A stretch of DNA of 64,000 nt from Balanoglossus misakiensis. Taxonomy: Eukaryota; Animalia; Hemichordata. Positions 39,401 to 54,400 of this stretch are shown here, in pieces. Within the stretch, counting starts at the first letter, position 1; every line of letters starts with the position of its first letter. The translations under genes and the position numbers were made by a program. The stretch spans positions 9,813,309 through 9,877,308 of the forward strand of contig CM082591.2 of the NCBI GenBank assembly GCA_040954595.2, read 5' to 3'. The notes beneath the pieces are model-generated. The model did no database searches and was not told where the DNA came from. It worked only from the letters and a program-made list of their open reading frames with translations.

Positions 39401-42400
39401 ATGTCATTTTCATAACGAAAATGAACTCGAGTCTAATGTAAACGTTACGAATTGATCGAAAGGCGCTCTGATGAATGTTAACACGAGTGCGCAGTGACAA
39501 GACATGCATCGTGCATGACAGTGACAACAGTTCCTATAGAGCAGTTAAAAAATAAACCGGCCGTCCGTAAATTTATCAGCTATTTTTTTTTATTTAGTCA
39601 CGTTTTCCCTGTTGCATGCTATTAGTTCAGGGGCCAGTTTTAGCAGTGCTCTATTGAGTACTTTCGTATCGATGGATTGATCTCTCGTCCAATCAGAATG
39701 GCGGATGGTAGCATGATCCGACATATTGCGTATTACAATAGGGCTTCCTCATACAGGTCAGAACGGAGAGGTCATTCCTTTTATTTTAGGACGTCTCAGC
39801 TCCTTTGTCTTTTCTGTTATAGTGTTAAAGAAATCAAACGGTGTTGTTTTGGCCGGTAAACACCGATGGATTAACTCTTAAGTCCATCGTGCATCCAAAC
39901 GCAGTCGAGTCGGTTTGGTCATTGTTTATGCGACAGTAAATGCCAAATGTGACAGAAGCATCATATTAAATGAGATAGAATACACAAACAAACAAACATA
40001 CGAATAAACAAACAGGCAAACAAACAAACAAACAACCATTAGGGACTGTTCAGAATTTACTTCCAAGTTGGGGATGGAGGATTTTTTATTTTCCTGGTGA
40101 TTTTTTTCCATGGTCTCCCCTAGTAAATTGTGGAGGAAATATGTGGTCCCTCCTTAAATTTCCTGGGGATTTTCCATGGTCCCCCTATTGTGACTTTTAT
40201 GTCTAGTCTCCCCTAATTTGTCTTGGAGAAAATGGGTGGTCCCCCCCCCCTCTGAAAATTCTCCGCCCCCTGGAAGTAAATTCTGAACAGTCCCTTATTA
40301 AAGCCAACAGCTAGCACCCTGGCTTCTCTGCCAGAGGAGCGATAACATCGACAAAATGCAGATACACAAGAAATGAGCACTTTATTCCACAAGTGAAGTA
40401 GTCTGTTCCCTGCCCCATTCCCACCGCTGGCTGCGCCCTTTAGCGTAGCGCCGATGGCAGTGGGAATGGGGCAGGGGACCAGACTACAAGTGAAGAACCC
40501 CAGTAACAGACGTAACGAACAAACAAACTACATGTACTAACAACAAAGCAAGAAAAGTGTCAAGCGTCGTCAAAGAAAACGAAAAAGTTCTAGCATGGTT
40601 GGTAAAAGTTATTGGTAGAAAACGAATAGGGCCTTCTACAAATGACGTCTCAGACCCGCAAACGCCACCAGAACACAAAACACATGCACAGAACAGTTTA
40701 AGCCGGTTTTTGTATGGAGCAGCAATAATCTGCGGTTGGGCCGTCGTAGATTTTCGCTGGTGGTGAAAATAAATAAAACACGATCGATGTTCGATTTATT
40801 CCAGATCACATGCGTTTACGGCCAGGAGAGAGCATAAAATTCTTCAAATGACCATGTGGTGGCGCACTTTTTCCGATTGGCTGTATTTCAATTTGTTCGT
40901 GGTAAATTAATTTTGTGGAGGTGACCGGCACTGAAGCTCTTAGCTAGGATGAGGTGGGATGGAAAAATGCCCCATTTTAGCTGTTTTAAAATATACGACT
41001 ATTTACAGACAAAAGGAAAATAAAACAAGCGCAAAAACATACCAAACCTAGTTTTATTAATTAAAAACAAAATTGCTGAGTAAAGGTTTTCATGTGGGCA
41101 TTCACTTTGAACTTGCTAAATTAATTTAAAGAGACAAAGTCGCTCTCTCTTTGTCCTTTTGCGATGATAGAATGCTTGCTTGAATTCTCTCGTGCAATAA
41201 ATGATGTCGATTCATACATGTATGGATGGTGTATAGGTGGTCGGAATTTACATGTCTTTGCCACGTAAAATCAAAGTTTGGGTCATGAAATCGAGTTTTG
41301 TTACAGTCTAGAATTTCATGCCACCACTTATGGTCATATTATTCTTGGTAGGCAAAAGTGACAAGTAGTCAAGTTTCAACACAGGCAACATTTTTTACAA
41401 ACAAACCACAAAGAAGACATCAAAAGGGAGAGAATTATAGAATGGTCAATGTGTGAAAAGTTAAGATACGTAAAGTGGCCGGGTTCAACATTAACTCATC
41501 GACTTCATATCGTCTTCATGCCATGGTTTTTGCCTGCCCTGAAAGTTCTTGTCGTTGCAGAAGTGGTTTTGACAGAAAGAATTTAGTCTTCCGGGATGTT
41601 TGTGATTATTTGAACACCAGACAATACAATGCAACCTTGACTTCCAAAATACTTACCGGCATTGCATTATCTTACCATGGTTAGGCCTACAGTGAACAAA
41701 TTTTCAACAATATTTTCTGAGTTACCGCTGATATTTGTTTTGTAGTATGGATATTAAATTATACATCCCGATACAAATCAGAATGTTATAGAATCCTTCC
41801 TGAGTGATATTGAAAAAATTACCGGAATGCTACCGCCTAATCTATGGTTAGGGTTATTGCTATTATTTTATATCAGTAATCGACTTTGTGTATATCAATG
41901 TCATTTTCATAACGAAAATGAACTCGAGTCTAATGTAAACGTTACGAATTGATCGAAAGGCGCTCTGATGAATGTTAACACGAGTGCGCAGTGACAAGAC
42001 ATGCATCGTGCGTGACAGTGACAACAGTTCATATAGAGCAGTTAAAAAATAAACCGGCCGTCCGTAAATTTATCAGCTATTTTTTTTTTATTTAGTCACG
42101 TTTTCCCTGTTGCATGCTATTAGTTCAGGGGCCAGTTTTAGCAGTGCTCTATTGAGTACTTTCGTATCGATGGATTGATCTCTCGTCCAATCAGAATGGC
42201 GGATGGTAGCATGATCCGACATATTGCGTATTACAATAGGGCTTCCTCATACAGGTCAGAACGGAGAGGTCATTCCTTTTATTTTAGGACGTCTCAGCTC
42301 CTTTGTCTTTTCTGTTATAGTGTTAAAGAAATCAAACGGTTTTGTTTTGGCCGGTAAACACCGATGGATTAACTCTTAAGTCCATCGTGCATCCAAACGC

Positions 42401-45400
42401 AGTCGAGTCGGTTTGGTCATTGTTTATGCGACAGTAAATGCCAAATGTGACAGAAGCATCATATTAAATGAGATAGAATACACAAACAAACAAACATACG
42501 AATAAACAAACAGGCAAACAAACAACCATTAGGGACTGCTCAGAATTTACTTCCAAGTTGGGGATGGAGGATTTTTTATTTTCCTGGTGATTTTTTTCCA
42601 TGGTCTCCCCTAGTAAATTGTGGAGGAAATATGTGGTCCCTCCTTAAATTTCCTGGGGATTTTCCATGGTCCCCTTATTGTGACTTTTATGTCTAGTCTC
42701 CCCTAATTTGTCTTGGAGAAAATGGGTGGTCCCCCCCCTCTGAAAATTCTCCGCCCCCCTGGAAGTAAATTCTGAACAGTCCCTTATTAAAGCCAACAGC
42801 TAGCACCCTGGCTTCTCTGCCAGAGGAGCGATAACATCGACAAAATGCAGATACACAAGAAATGAGCACTTTATTCCACAAGTGAAGTAGTCTGTTCCCT
42901 GCCCCATTCCCACCGCTGGCTGCGCCCTTTAGCGTAGCGCCGATGGCAGTGGGAATGGGGCAGGGGACCAGACTACAAGTGAAGAACCCCAGTAACAGAC
43001 GTAACGAACAAACAAACTACATGTACTAACAACAAAGCAAGAAAAGTGTCAAGCGTCGTCAAAGAAAACGAAAAAGTTCTAGCATGGTTGGTAAAAGTTA
43101 TTGGTAGAAAACGAATAGGGCCTTCTACAAATGACGTCTCAGACCCGCAAACGCCACCAGAACACAAAACACATGCACAGAACAGTTTAAGCCGGTTGTT
43201 GTATGGAGCAGCAATAATCTGCGGTTGGGCCGTCGTAGATTTTCGCTGGTGGTGAAAATAAATAAAACACGATCGATGTTCGATTTATTCCAGATCACAT
43301 GCGTTTACGGCCAGGAGAGAGCATAAAAGTCTTCAAATGACCATGTGGTGGCGCACTTTTTCCGATTGGCTGTATTTCAATTTGTTCGTGGTAAATTAAT
43401 TCTGTGGAGGTGACCGGCACTGAAGCTCTTAGCTAGGATGAGGTGGGATGGAAAAATGCCCCATTTTAGCTGTTTTAAAATATACGACTATTTATAGACA
43501 AAAGGAAAATAAAACAAGCGCAAAAACATACCAAACCTAGTTTTATTAATTAAAAACAAAATTGCTGAGTAAAGGTTTTCATGTGGGCATTCACTTTGAA
43601 CTTGCTAGATTAATTTAAAGAGACAAAGTTGCTCTCTATTTGTCCTTTTGCGATGATAGAATGCTTGCTTGAAGTCTCTCGTGCAATAAATGATGTCGAT
43701 TCATACATGTATGGATGGTGTATAGGTGGTCGGAATTTACATGTCTTTGCCAGGACCAAACCAACAACACGTAAAATCAAAGTTTGGGTCATGAAATCGA
43801 GTTTTGTTACAGTCTAGAATTTCATGCCACCCCTTATGGTCATATTATTCTTGGTAGGCAAACGTGACAAGTAGTCAAGTTTCAACACAGGCAACATTTT
43901 TTACAAACAAACCACAAAGAAGACATCAAAAGGGAGAGAATTATAGAATGGTCAATGTGTGAAAAGTTACGATACGTAAAGTGGCCGGGTTCAACATTAA
44001 CTCATCGACTTCATATCGTCTTCATGCCATGGTTTTTGCCTGCCCTGAAAGTTCTTGTCGTTGCAGAAGTGGTTTTGACAGAAAGAATTTAGTCTTCCGG
44101 GATGTTTGTGATTATTTGAACACCAGACAATACAATGCAACCTTGACTTCCAAAATACTTACCGGCATTGCATTATCTTACCATGGTTAGGCCTACAGTG
44201 AACAAATTTTCAACAATATTTTCTGAGTTACCGCTGATATTTGTTTTGTAGTATGGATATTAAATTATACATCCCGATACAAAACAGAATGTTATAGAAT
44301 CCTTCCTGGGTGATATTGAAAAAATTACCGGAATGCTACCGCCTAATCTATGGTTAGGGTTATTGCTATTATTTTATATCAGTAATCGACTTTGTGTATA
44401 TCAATGTCATTTTCATAACGAAAATGAACTCGAGTCTAATGTAAACGTTACGAATTGATCGAAAGGCGCTCTGATGAATGTTAACACGAGTGCGCAGTGA
44501 CAAGACATGCATCGTGCGTGACAGTGACAACAGTTCCTATAGAGCAGTTAAAAAATAAACCGGCCGTCCGTAAATTTATCAGCTATATTTTTTTTTATTT
44601 AGTCACGTTTTCCCTGTTGCATGCTATTAGTTCAGGGGCCAGTTTTAGCAGTGCTCTATTGAGTACTTTCGTATCGATGGATTGATCTCTCGTCCAATCA
44701 GAATGGCGGATGGTAGCATGATCCGACATATTGCGTATTACAATAGGGCTTCCTCATACAGGTCAGAACGGAGAGGTCATTCCTTTTATTTTAGGACGTC
44801 TCAGCTCCTTTGTCTTTTCTGTTATAGTGTTAAAGAAATCAAACGGTTTTGTTTTGGCCGGTAAACACCGATGGATTAACTCTTAAGTCCATCGTGCATC
44901 CAAACGCAGTCGAGTCGGTTTGGTCATTGTTTATGCGACAGTAAATGCCAAATGTGACAGAAGCATCATATTAAATGAGATAGAATACACAAACAAACAA
45001 ACATACGAATAAACAAACAGGCAAACAAACAAACAAACAACCATTAGGGACTGTTCAGAATTTACTTCCAAGTTGGGGATGGAGGATTTTTTATTTTCCT
45101 GGTTATTTTTATCCATGGTCTCCCCTAGTAAATTGTGGAGGAAATATGTGGTCCCTCCTTAAATTTCCTGGGGATTTTCCATGGTCCCCCTATTGTGACT
45201 TTTATGTCTAGTCTCCCCTAATTTGTCTTGGAGAAAATGGGTGGTCCCCCCCCCCCTCTGAAAATTCTCCGCCCCCTGGAAGTAAATTCTGAACAGTCCC
45301 TTATTAAAGCCAACAGCTAGCACCCTGGCTTCTCTGCCAGAGGAGCGATAACATCGACAAAATGCAGATACACAAGAAATGAGCACTTTATTCCACAAGT

Positions 45401-48400
45401 GAAGTAGTCTGTTCCCTGCCCCATTCCCACCGCTGGCTGCGCCCTTTAGCGTAGCGCCGATGGCAGTGGGAATGGGGCAGGGGACCAGACTACAAGTGAA
45501 GAACCCCAGTAACAGACGTAACGAACAAACAAACTACATGTACTAACAACAAAGCAAGAAAAGTGTCAAGCGTCGTCAAAGAAAACGAAAAAGTTCTAGC
45601 ATGGTTGGTAAAAGTTATTGGTAGAAAACGAATAGGGCCTTCTACAAATGACGTCTCAGACCCGCAAACGCCACCAGAACACAAAACACATGCACAGAAC
45701 AGTTTAAGCCGGTTGTTGTATGGAGCAGCAATAATCTGCGGTTGGGCCGTCGTAGATTTTCGCTGGTGGTGAAAATAAATAAAACACGGTCGATGTTCGA
45801 TTTATTCCAGATCACATGCGTTTACGGCCAGGAGAGAGCATAAAAGTCTTCAAATGACCATGTGGTGGCGCACTTTTTCCGATTGGCTGTATTTCAATTT
45901 GTTCGTGGTAAATTAATTTTGTGGAGGTGACCGGCACTGAAGCTCTTAGCTAGGATGAGGTGGGATGGAAAAATGCCCCATTTTAGCTGTTTTAAAATAT
46001 ACGACTATTTATAGACAAAAGGAAAACAAAACAAGCGCAAAAACATACCAAACCTAGTTTTATTAATTAAAAACAAAATTGCTGAGTAAAGGTTTTCATG
46101 TGGGCATTCACTTTGAACTTGCTAAATTAATTTAAAGAGACAAAGTCGCTCTCTCTTTGTCCTTTTGCGATGATAGAATGCTTGCTTGAAGTCTCTCGTG
46201 CAATAAATGATGTCGATTCATACATGTATGGATGGTGTATAGGTGGTCGGAATTTACATGTCTTTGCCACGACCAAACCAACAACACGTAAAATCAAAGT
46301 TTGGGTCATGAAATCGAGTTTTGTTACAGTCTAGAATTTCATGCCACCCCTTATGGTCATATTATTCTTGGTAGGCAAAAGTGACAAGTAGTCAAGTTTC
46401 AACACAGGCAACATTTTTTACAAACAAACCACAAAGAAGACATCAAAAGGGAGAGAATTATAGAATGGTCAATGTGTGAAAAGTTAAGATACGTAAAGTG
46501 GCCGGGTTCAACATTAACTCATCGACTTCATATCGTCTTCATGCCATCGTTTTTGCCTGCCCTGAAAGTTCTTGTCGTTGCAGAAGTGGTTTTGACAGAA
46601 AGAATTTAGTCTTCCGGGATGTTTGTGATTATTTGAACACCAGACAATACAATGCAACCTTGACTTCCAAAATACTTACCGGCATTGCATTATCTTACCA
46701 TGGTTAGGCCTACAGTGAACAAATGTTCAACAATATTTTCTGAGTTACCGCTGATATTTGTTTTGTAGTATGGATATTAAATTATACATCCCGATACAAA
46801 ACAGAATGTTATAGAATCCTTCCTGAGTGATATTGAAAAAATTACCGGAATGCTACCGCCTAATCTATGGTTAGGGTTATTGCTATTATTTTATATCAGT
46901 AATCGACTTTGTGTATATCAATGTCATTTTCATAACGAAAATGAACTCGAGTCTAATGTAAACGTTACGAATTGATCGAAAGGCGCTCTGATGAATGTTA
47001 ACACGAGTGCGCAGTGACAAGACATGCATCGTGCATGACAGTGACAACAGTTCCTATAGAGCAGTTAAAAAATAAACCGGCCGTCCGTAAATTTATCAGC
47101 TATATTTTTTTTTATTTAGTCACGTTTTCCCTGTTGCATGCTATTAGTTCAGGGGCCAGTTTTAGCAGTGCTCTATTGAGTACTTTCGTATCGATGGATT
47201 GATCTCTCGTCCAATCAGAATGGCGGATGGTAGCATGATCCGACATATCGCGTATTACAATAGGGCTTCCTCATACAGGTCAGAACGGAGAGGTCATTCC
47301 TTTTATTTTAGGACGTCTCAGCTCCTTTGTCTTTTCTGTTATAGTGTTAAAGAAATCAAACGGTTTTGTTTTGGCCGGTAAACACCGATGGATTAACTCT
47401 TAAGTCCATCGTGCATCCAAACGCAGTCGAGTCGGTTTGGTCATTGTTTATGCGACAGTAAATGCCAAATGTGACAGAAGCATCATATTAAATGAGATAG
47501 AATACACAAACAAACAAACATACGAATAAGCAAACAGGCAAACTAACAAACAAACAACCATTAGGGACTGTTCAGAATTTACTTCCAAGTTGGGGATGGA
47601 GGATTTTTTATTTTCCTGGTGATTTTTTTCCATGGTCTCCCCTAGTAAATTGTGGAGGAAATATGTGGTCCCTCCTTAAATTTCCTGGGGATTTTCCATG
47701 GTCCCCCTATTGTGACTTTTATGTCTAGTCTCCCCTAATTTGTCTTGGAGAAAATGGGTGGTCCCCCCCCCCCTCTGAAAATTCTCCGCCCCCTGGAAGT
47801 AAATTCTGAACAGTCCCTTATTAAAGCCAACAGCTAGCACCCTGGCTTCTCTGCCAGAGGAGCGATAACATCGACAAAATGCAGATACACAAGAAATGAG
47901 CACTTTATTCCACAAGTGAAGTAGTCTGTTCCCTGTCCCATTCCCACCGCTGGCTGCGCCCTTTAGCGTAGCGCCGATGGCAGTGGGAATGGGGCAGGGG
48001 ACCAGACTACAAGTGAAGAACCCCAGTAACAGACGTAACGAACAAACAAACTACATGTACTAACAACAAAGCAAGAAAAGTGTCAAGCGTCGTCAAAGAA
48101 AACGAAAAAGTTCTAGCATGGTTGGTAAAAGTTATTGGTAGAAAACGAATAGGGCCTTCTACAAATGACGTCTCAGACCCGCAAACGCCACCAGAACACA
48201 AAACACATGCACAGAACAGTTTAAGCCGGTTGTTGTATGGAGCAGCAATAATCTGCGGTTGGACCGTCGTAGATTTTCGCTGGTGGTGAAAATAAATAAA
48301 ACACGATCGATGTTCGATTTATTCCAGATCACATGCGTTTACGGCCAGGAGAGAGCATAAAAGTCTTCAAATGACCATGTGGTGGCGCACTTTTTCCGAT

Positions 48401-51400
48401 TGGCTGTATTTCAATTTGTTCGTGGTAAATTAATTTTGTGGAGGTGACCGGCACTGAAACTCTTAGCTAGGATGAGGTGGGATGGAAAAATGCCCCATTT
48501 TAGCTGTTTTAAAATATACGACTATTTATAGACAAAAGGAAAATAAAACAAGCGCAAAAACATACCAAACCTAGTTTTATTAATTAAAAACAAAATTGCT
48601 GAGTAAAGGTTTTCATGTGGGCATTCACTTTGAACTTGCTAAATTAATTTAAAGAGACAAAGTCGCTCTCTCTTTGTCCTTTTGCGATGATAGAATGCTT
48701 GCTTGAAGTCTCTCGTGCAATAAATCATGTCGATTCATACATGTATGGATGGTGTATAGGTGGTCGGAATTTACATGTCTTTGCCACGACCAAACCAACA
48801 ACACGTAAAATCAAAGTTTGGGTCATGAAATCGAGTTTTGTTACAGTCTAGAATTTCATGCCACCCCTTATGGTCATATTATTCTTGGTAGGCAAAAGTG
48901 ACAAGTAGTCAAGTTTCAACACAGGCAACATTTTTTACAAACAAACCACAAAGAAGACATCAAAAGGGAGAGAATTATAGAATGGTCAATGTGTGAAAAG
49001 TTAAGATAGGTAAAGTGGCCGGGTTCAACATTAACTCATCGACTTCATATCGTCTTCATGCCATGGTTTTTGCCTGCCCTGAAAGTTCTTGTCGTTGCAG
49101 AAGTGGTTTTGACAGAAAGAATTTAGTCTTCCGGGATGTTTGTGATTATTTGAACACCAGACAATACAATGCAACCTTGACTTCCAAAATACTTACCGGC
49201 ATTGCATTATCTTACCATGGTTAGGCCTACAGTGAACAAATTTTCAACAATATTTTCTGAGTTACCGCTGATATTTGTTTTGTAGTATGGATATTAAATT
49301 ATACATCCCGATACAAAACAGAATGTTATAGAATCCTTCCTGAGTGATATTGAAAAAATTACCGGAATGCTACCGCCTAATCTATGGTTAGGGTTATTGC
49401 TATTATTTTATATCAGTAATCGACTTTGTGTATATCAATGTCATTTTCATAACGAAAATGAACTCGAGTCTAATGTAAACGTTACGAATTGATCGAAAGG
49501 CGCTCTGATGAATGTTAACACGAGTGCGCAGTGACAAGACATGCATCGTGCATGACAGTGACAACAGTTCCTATAGAGCAGTTAAAAAATAAACCGGCCG
49601 TCCGGAAATTTATCAGCTATATTTTTTTTTATTTAGTCACGTTTTCCCTGTTGCATGCTATTAGTTCAGGGGCCAGTTTTAGCAGTGCTCTATTGAGTAC
49701 TTTCGTATCGATGGATTGATCTCTCGTCCAATCAGAATGGCGGATGGTACCATGATCCGACATATTGCGTATTACAATAGGGCTTCCTCATACAGGTCAG
49801 CACGGAGAGGTCATTCATTTTATTTTAGGACGTCTCAGCTCCTTTGTCGTTTCTGTTATAGTGTTAAAGAAATCAAACGGTTTTGTTTTGGCCGGTAAAC
49901 ACCGATGGATTAACTCTTAAGTCAATCGTGCATCCAAACGCAGTCGAGTCGGTTTGGTCATTGTTTATGCGACAGTAAATGCCAAATGTGACAGAAGCAT
50001 CATATTAAATGAGATAGAATACACAAACAAACAAACATACGAATAAGCAAACAGGCAAACAAACAAACAAACAACCATTAGGGACTGTTCAGAATTTACT
50101 TCCAAGTTGGGGATGGAGGATTTTTTATTTTCCTGGTGATTTTTTTCCATGGTCTCCCCTAGTAAATTGTGGAGGAAATATGTGGTCCCTCCTTAAATTT
50201 CCTGGGGATTTTCCATGGTCCCCCTATTGTGACTTTTATGTCTAGTCTCCCCTAATTTGTCTTGGAGAAAATGGGTGGTCCCCCCCCCCTCTGAAAATTC
50301 TCCGCCCCCTGGAAGTAAATTCTGAACAGTCCCTTATTAAAGCCAACAGCTAGCACCCTGGCTTCTCTGCCAGAGGAGCGATAACATCGACAAAATGCAG
50401 ATACACAAGAAATGAGCACTTTATTCCACAAGTGAAGTAGTCTGTTCCCTGTCCCATTCCCACCGCTGGCTGCGCCCTTTAGCGTAGCGCCGATGGCAGT
50501 GGGAATGGGGCAGGGGACCAGACTACAAGTGAAGAACCCCAGTAACAGACGTAACGAACAAACAAACTACATGTACTAACAACAAAGCAAGAAAAGTGTC
50601 AAGCGTCGTCAAAGAAAACGAAAAAGTTCTAGCATGGTTGGTAAAAGTTATTGGTAGAAAACGAATAGGGCCTTCTACAAATGACGTCTCAGACCCGCAA
50701 ACGCCACCAGAACACAAAACACATGCACAGAACAGTTTAAGCCGGTTGTTGTATGGAGCAGCAATAATCTGCGGTTGGGCCGTCGTAGATTTTCGCTGGT
50801 GGTGAAAATAAATAAAACACGATCGATGTTCGATGTATTCCAGATCACATGCGTTTACGGCCAGGAGAGAGCATAAAAGTCTTCAAATGACCATGTGGTG
50901 GCGCACTTTTTCCGATTGGCTGTATTTCAATTTGTTCGTGGTAAATTAATTTTGTGGAGGTGACCGGCACTGAAGCTCTTAGCTAGGATGAGGTGGGATG
51001 GAAAAATGCCCCATTTTAGCTGTTTTAAAATATACGACTATTTATAGACAAAAGGAAAATAAAACAAGCGCAAAAACATACCAAACCTAGTTTTATTAAT
51101 TAAAAACAAAATTGCTGAGTAAAGGTTTTCATGTGGGCATTCACTTTGAACTTGCTAAATTAATTTAAAGAGACAAAGTCGCTCTCTCTTTGTCCTTTTG
51201 CGATGATAGAATGCTTGCTTGAAGTCTCTCGTGCAATAAATGATGTCGATTCATACATGTATGGATGGTGTATAGGTGGTCGGAATTTACATGTCTTCGC
51301 CACGACCAAACCAACAACACGTAAAATCAAAGTTTGGGTCATAAAATCGAGTTTGGTTACAGTCTAGAATTTCATGCCACCCCTTATGGTCATATTATTC

Positions 51401-54400
51401 TTGGTAGGCAAAAGTGACAAGTAGTCAAGTTTCAACACAGGCAACATTTTTTACAAACAAACCACAAAGAAGACATCAAAAGGGAGAGAATTATAGAATG
51501 GTCAATGTGTGAAAAGTTAAGATAGGTAAAGTGGCCGGGTTCAACATTAACTCATCGACTTCATATCGTCTTCATGCCATGGTTTTTGCCTGCCCTGAAA
51601 GTTCTTGTCGTTGCAGAAGTGGTTTTGACAGAAAGAATTTAGTCTTCCGGGATGTTTGTGATTATTTGAACACCAGACAATACAATGCAACCTTGACTTC
51701 CAAAATACTTACCGGCATTGCATTATCTTACCATGGTTAGGCCTACAGTGAACAAATTTTCAACAATATTTTCTGAGTTACCGCTGATATTTGTTTTGTA
51801 GTATGGATATTAAATTATACATCCCGATACAAAACAGAATGTTATAGAATCCTTCCTGAGTGATATTGAAAAAATTACCGGAATGCTACCGCCTAATCTA
51901 TGGTTAGGGTTATTGCTATTATTTTATATCAGTAATCGACTTTGTGTATATCAATGTCATTTTCATAACGAAAATGAACTCGAGTCTAATGTAAACGTTA
52001 CGAATTGATCGAAAGGCGCTCTGATGAATGTTAACACGAGTAGGCAGTGACAAGACATGCATCGTGCATGACAGTGACAACAGTTCCTATAGAGCAGTTA
52101 AAAATAAACCGGCCGTCCGTAAATTTATCAGCTATATTTTTTTTTATTTAGTCACGTTTTCCCTGTTGCATGCTATTAGTTCAGGGGCCACTTTTAGCAG
52201 TGCTCTATTGCGTACTTTCGTATCGATGGATTGATCTCTCGTCCAATCAGAATGGCGGATGGTAGCATGATCCGACATATTGCGTATTACAATAGGGCTT
52301 CCTCATACAGGTCAGAACGGAGAGGTCATTCCTTTTATTTTAGGACGTCTCAGCTCCTTTGTCTTTTCTGTTATAGTGTTAAATAAATCAAACGGTTTTG
52401 TTTTGGCCGGTAAACACCGATGGATTAACTCTTAAGTCCATCGTGCATCCAAACGCAGTCGAGTCGGTTTCGTCATTGTTTATGCGACAGTAAATGCCAA
52501 ATGTGACAGAAGCATCATATTAAATGAGATAGAATACACAAACAAACAAACATACGAATAAACAAACAGGCAAACAAACAAACAAACAACCATTAGGGAC
52601 TGTTCAGAATTTACTTCCAAGTTGGGGATGGAGGTTTTTTTATTTTCCTGGTGATTTATTTCCATGGTCTCCCCTAGTAAATTGTGGAGGAAATATGTGG
52701 TCCCTCCTTAAATTTCCTGGGGATTTTCCATGGTCCCCCTATTGTGACTTTTATGTCTAGTCTCCCCTAATTTGTCTTGGAGAAAATGGATGGTCCCCCC
52801 CCCCTCTGAAAATTCTCCGCCCCCTGGAAGTAAATTCTGAACAGTCCCTTATTAAAGCCAACAGCTAGCACCCTGGCTTCTCTGCCAGAGGAGCGATAAC
52901 ATCGACAAAATGCAGATACACAAGAAATGAGCACTTTATTCCACAAGTGAAGTAGTCTGTTCCCTGCCCCATTCCCACCGCTGGCTGCGCCCTTTAGCGT
53001 AGCGCCGATGGCAGTGGGAATGGGGCAGGGGACCAGACTACAAGTGAAGAACCCCAGTAACAGACGTAACGAACAAACAAACTACATGTACTAACAACAA
53101 AGCAAGAAAAGTGTCAAACGTCGTCAAAGAAAACGAAAAAGTTCTAGCATGGTTGGTAAAAGTTATTGGTAGAAAACGAATAGGGCCTTCTACAAATCAC
53201 GTCTCAGACCCGCAAACGCCACCAGAACACAAAACACATGCACAGAACAGTTTAAGCCGGTTTTTGTATGGAGCAGCAATAATCTGCGGTTGGGCCGTCG
53301 TAGATTTTCGCTGGTGGTGAAAATAAATAAAACACGATCGATGTTCGATTTATTCCAGATCACATGCGTTTACGGCCAGGAGAGAGCATAAAAGTCTTCA
53401 AATGACCATGTGGTGGCGCACTTTTTCCGATTGGCTGTATTTCAATTTGTTCGTGGTAAATTAATTTTGTGGAGGTGACCGGCACTGAAGCTCTTAGCTA
53501 GGATGAGGTGGGATGGAAAAATGCCCCATTTTAGCTGTTTTAAAATATACGACTATTTATAGACAAAAGGAAAATAAAACAAGCGCAAAAACATACCAAA
53601 CCTAGTTTTATTAATTAAAAACAAAATTGCTGAGTAAAGGTTTTCATGTGGGCATTCACTTTGAACTTGCTAAATTAATTTAAAGAGACAAAGTCGCTCT
53701 CTCTTTGTCCTTTTGCGATGATAGAATGCTTGCTTGAAGTCTCTCGTGCAATAAATGATGTCGATTCATACATGTATGGATGGTGTATAGGTGGTCGGAA
53801 TTTACATGTCTTTGCCACGACCAAACCAACAACACGTAAAATCAAAGTTTGGGTCATGAAATCGAGTTTTGTTACAGTCTAGAATTTCATGCCACCCCTT
53901 ATGGTCATATTATTCTTGGTAGGCAAAAGTGACAAGTAGTCAAGTTTCAACACAGGCAACATTTTTTACAAACAAACCACAAAGAAGACATCAAAAGGGA
54001 GAGAATTATAGAATGGTCAATGTGTGAAAAGTTAAGATACGTAAAGTGGCCGGGTTCAACATTAACTCATCGACTTCATATCGTCTTCATGCCATGGTTT
54101 TTGCCTGCCCTGAAAGTTCTTGTCGTTGCAGAAGTGGTTTTGACAGAAAGAATTTAGTCTTCCGGGATGTTTGTGATTATTTGAACACCAGACAATACAA
54201 TGCAACCTTGACTTCCAAAATACTTACCGGCATTGCATTATCTTACCATGGTTAGGCCTACAGTGAACACATTTTCAACAATATTTTCTGAGTTACCGCT
54301 GATATTTGTTTTGTAGTATGGATATTAAATTATACATCCCGATACAAAACAGAATGTTATAGAATCCTTCCTGAGTGATATTGAAAAAATTACCGGAATG

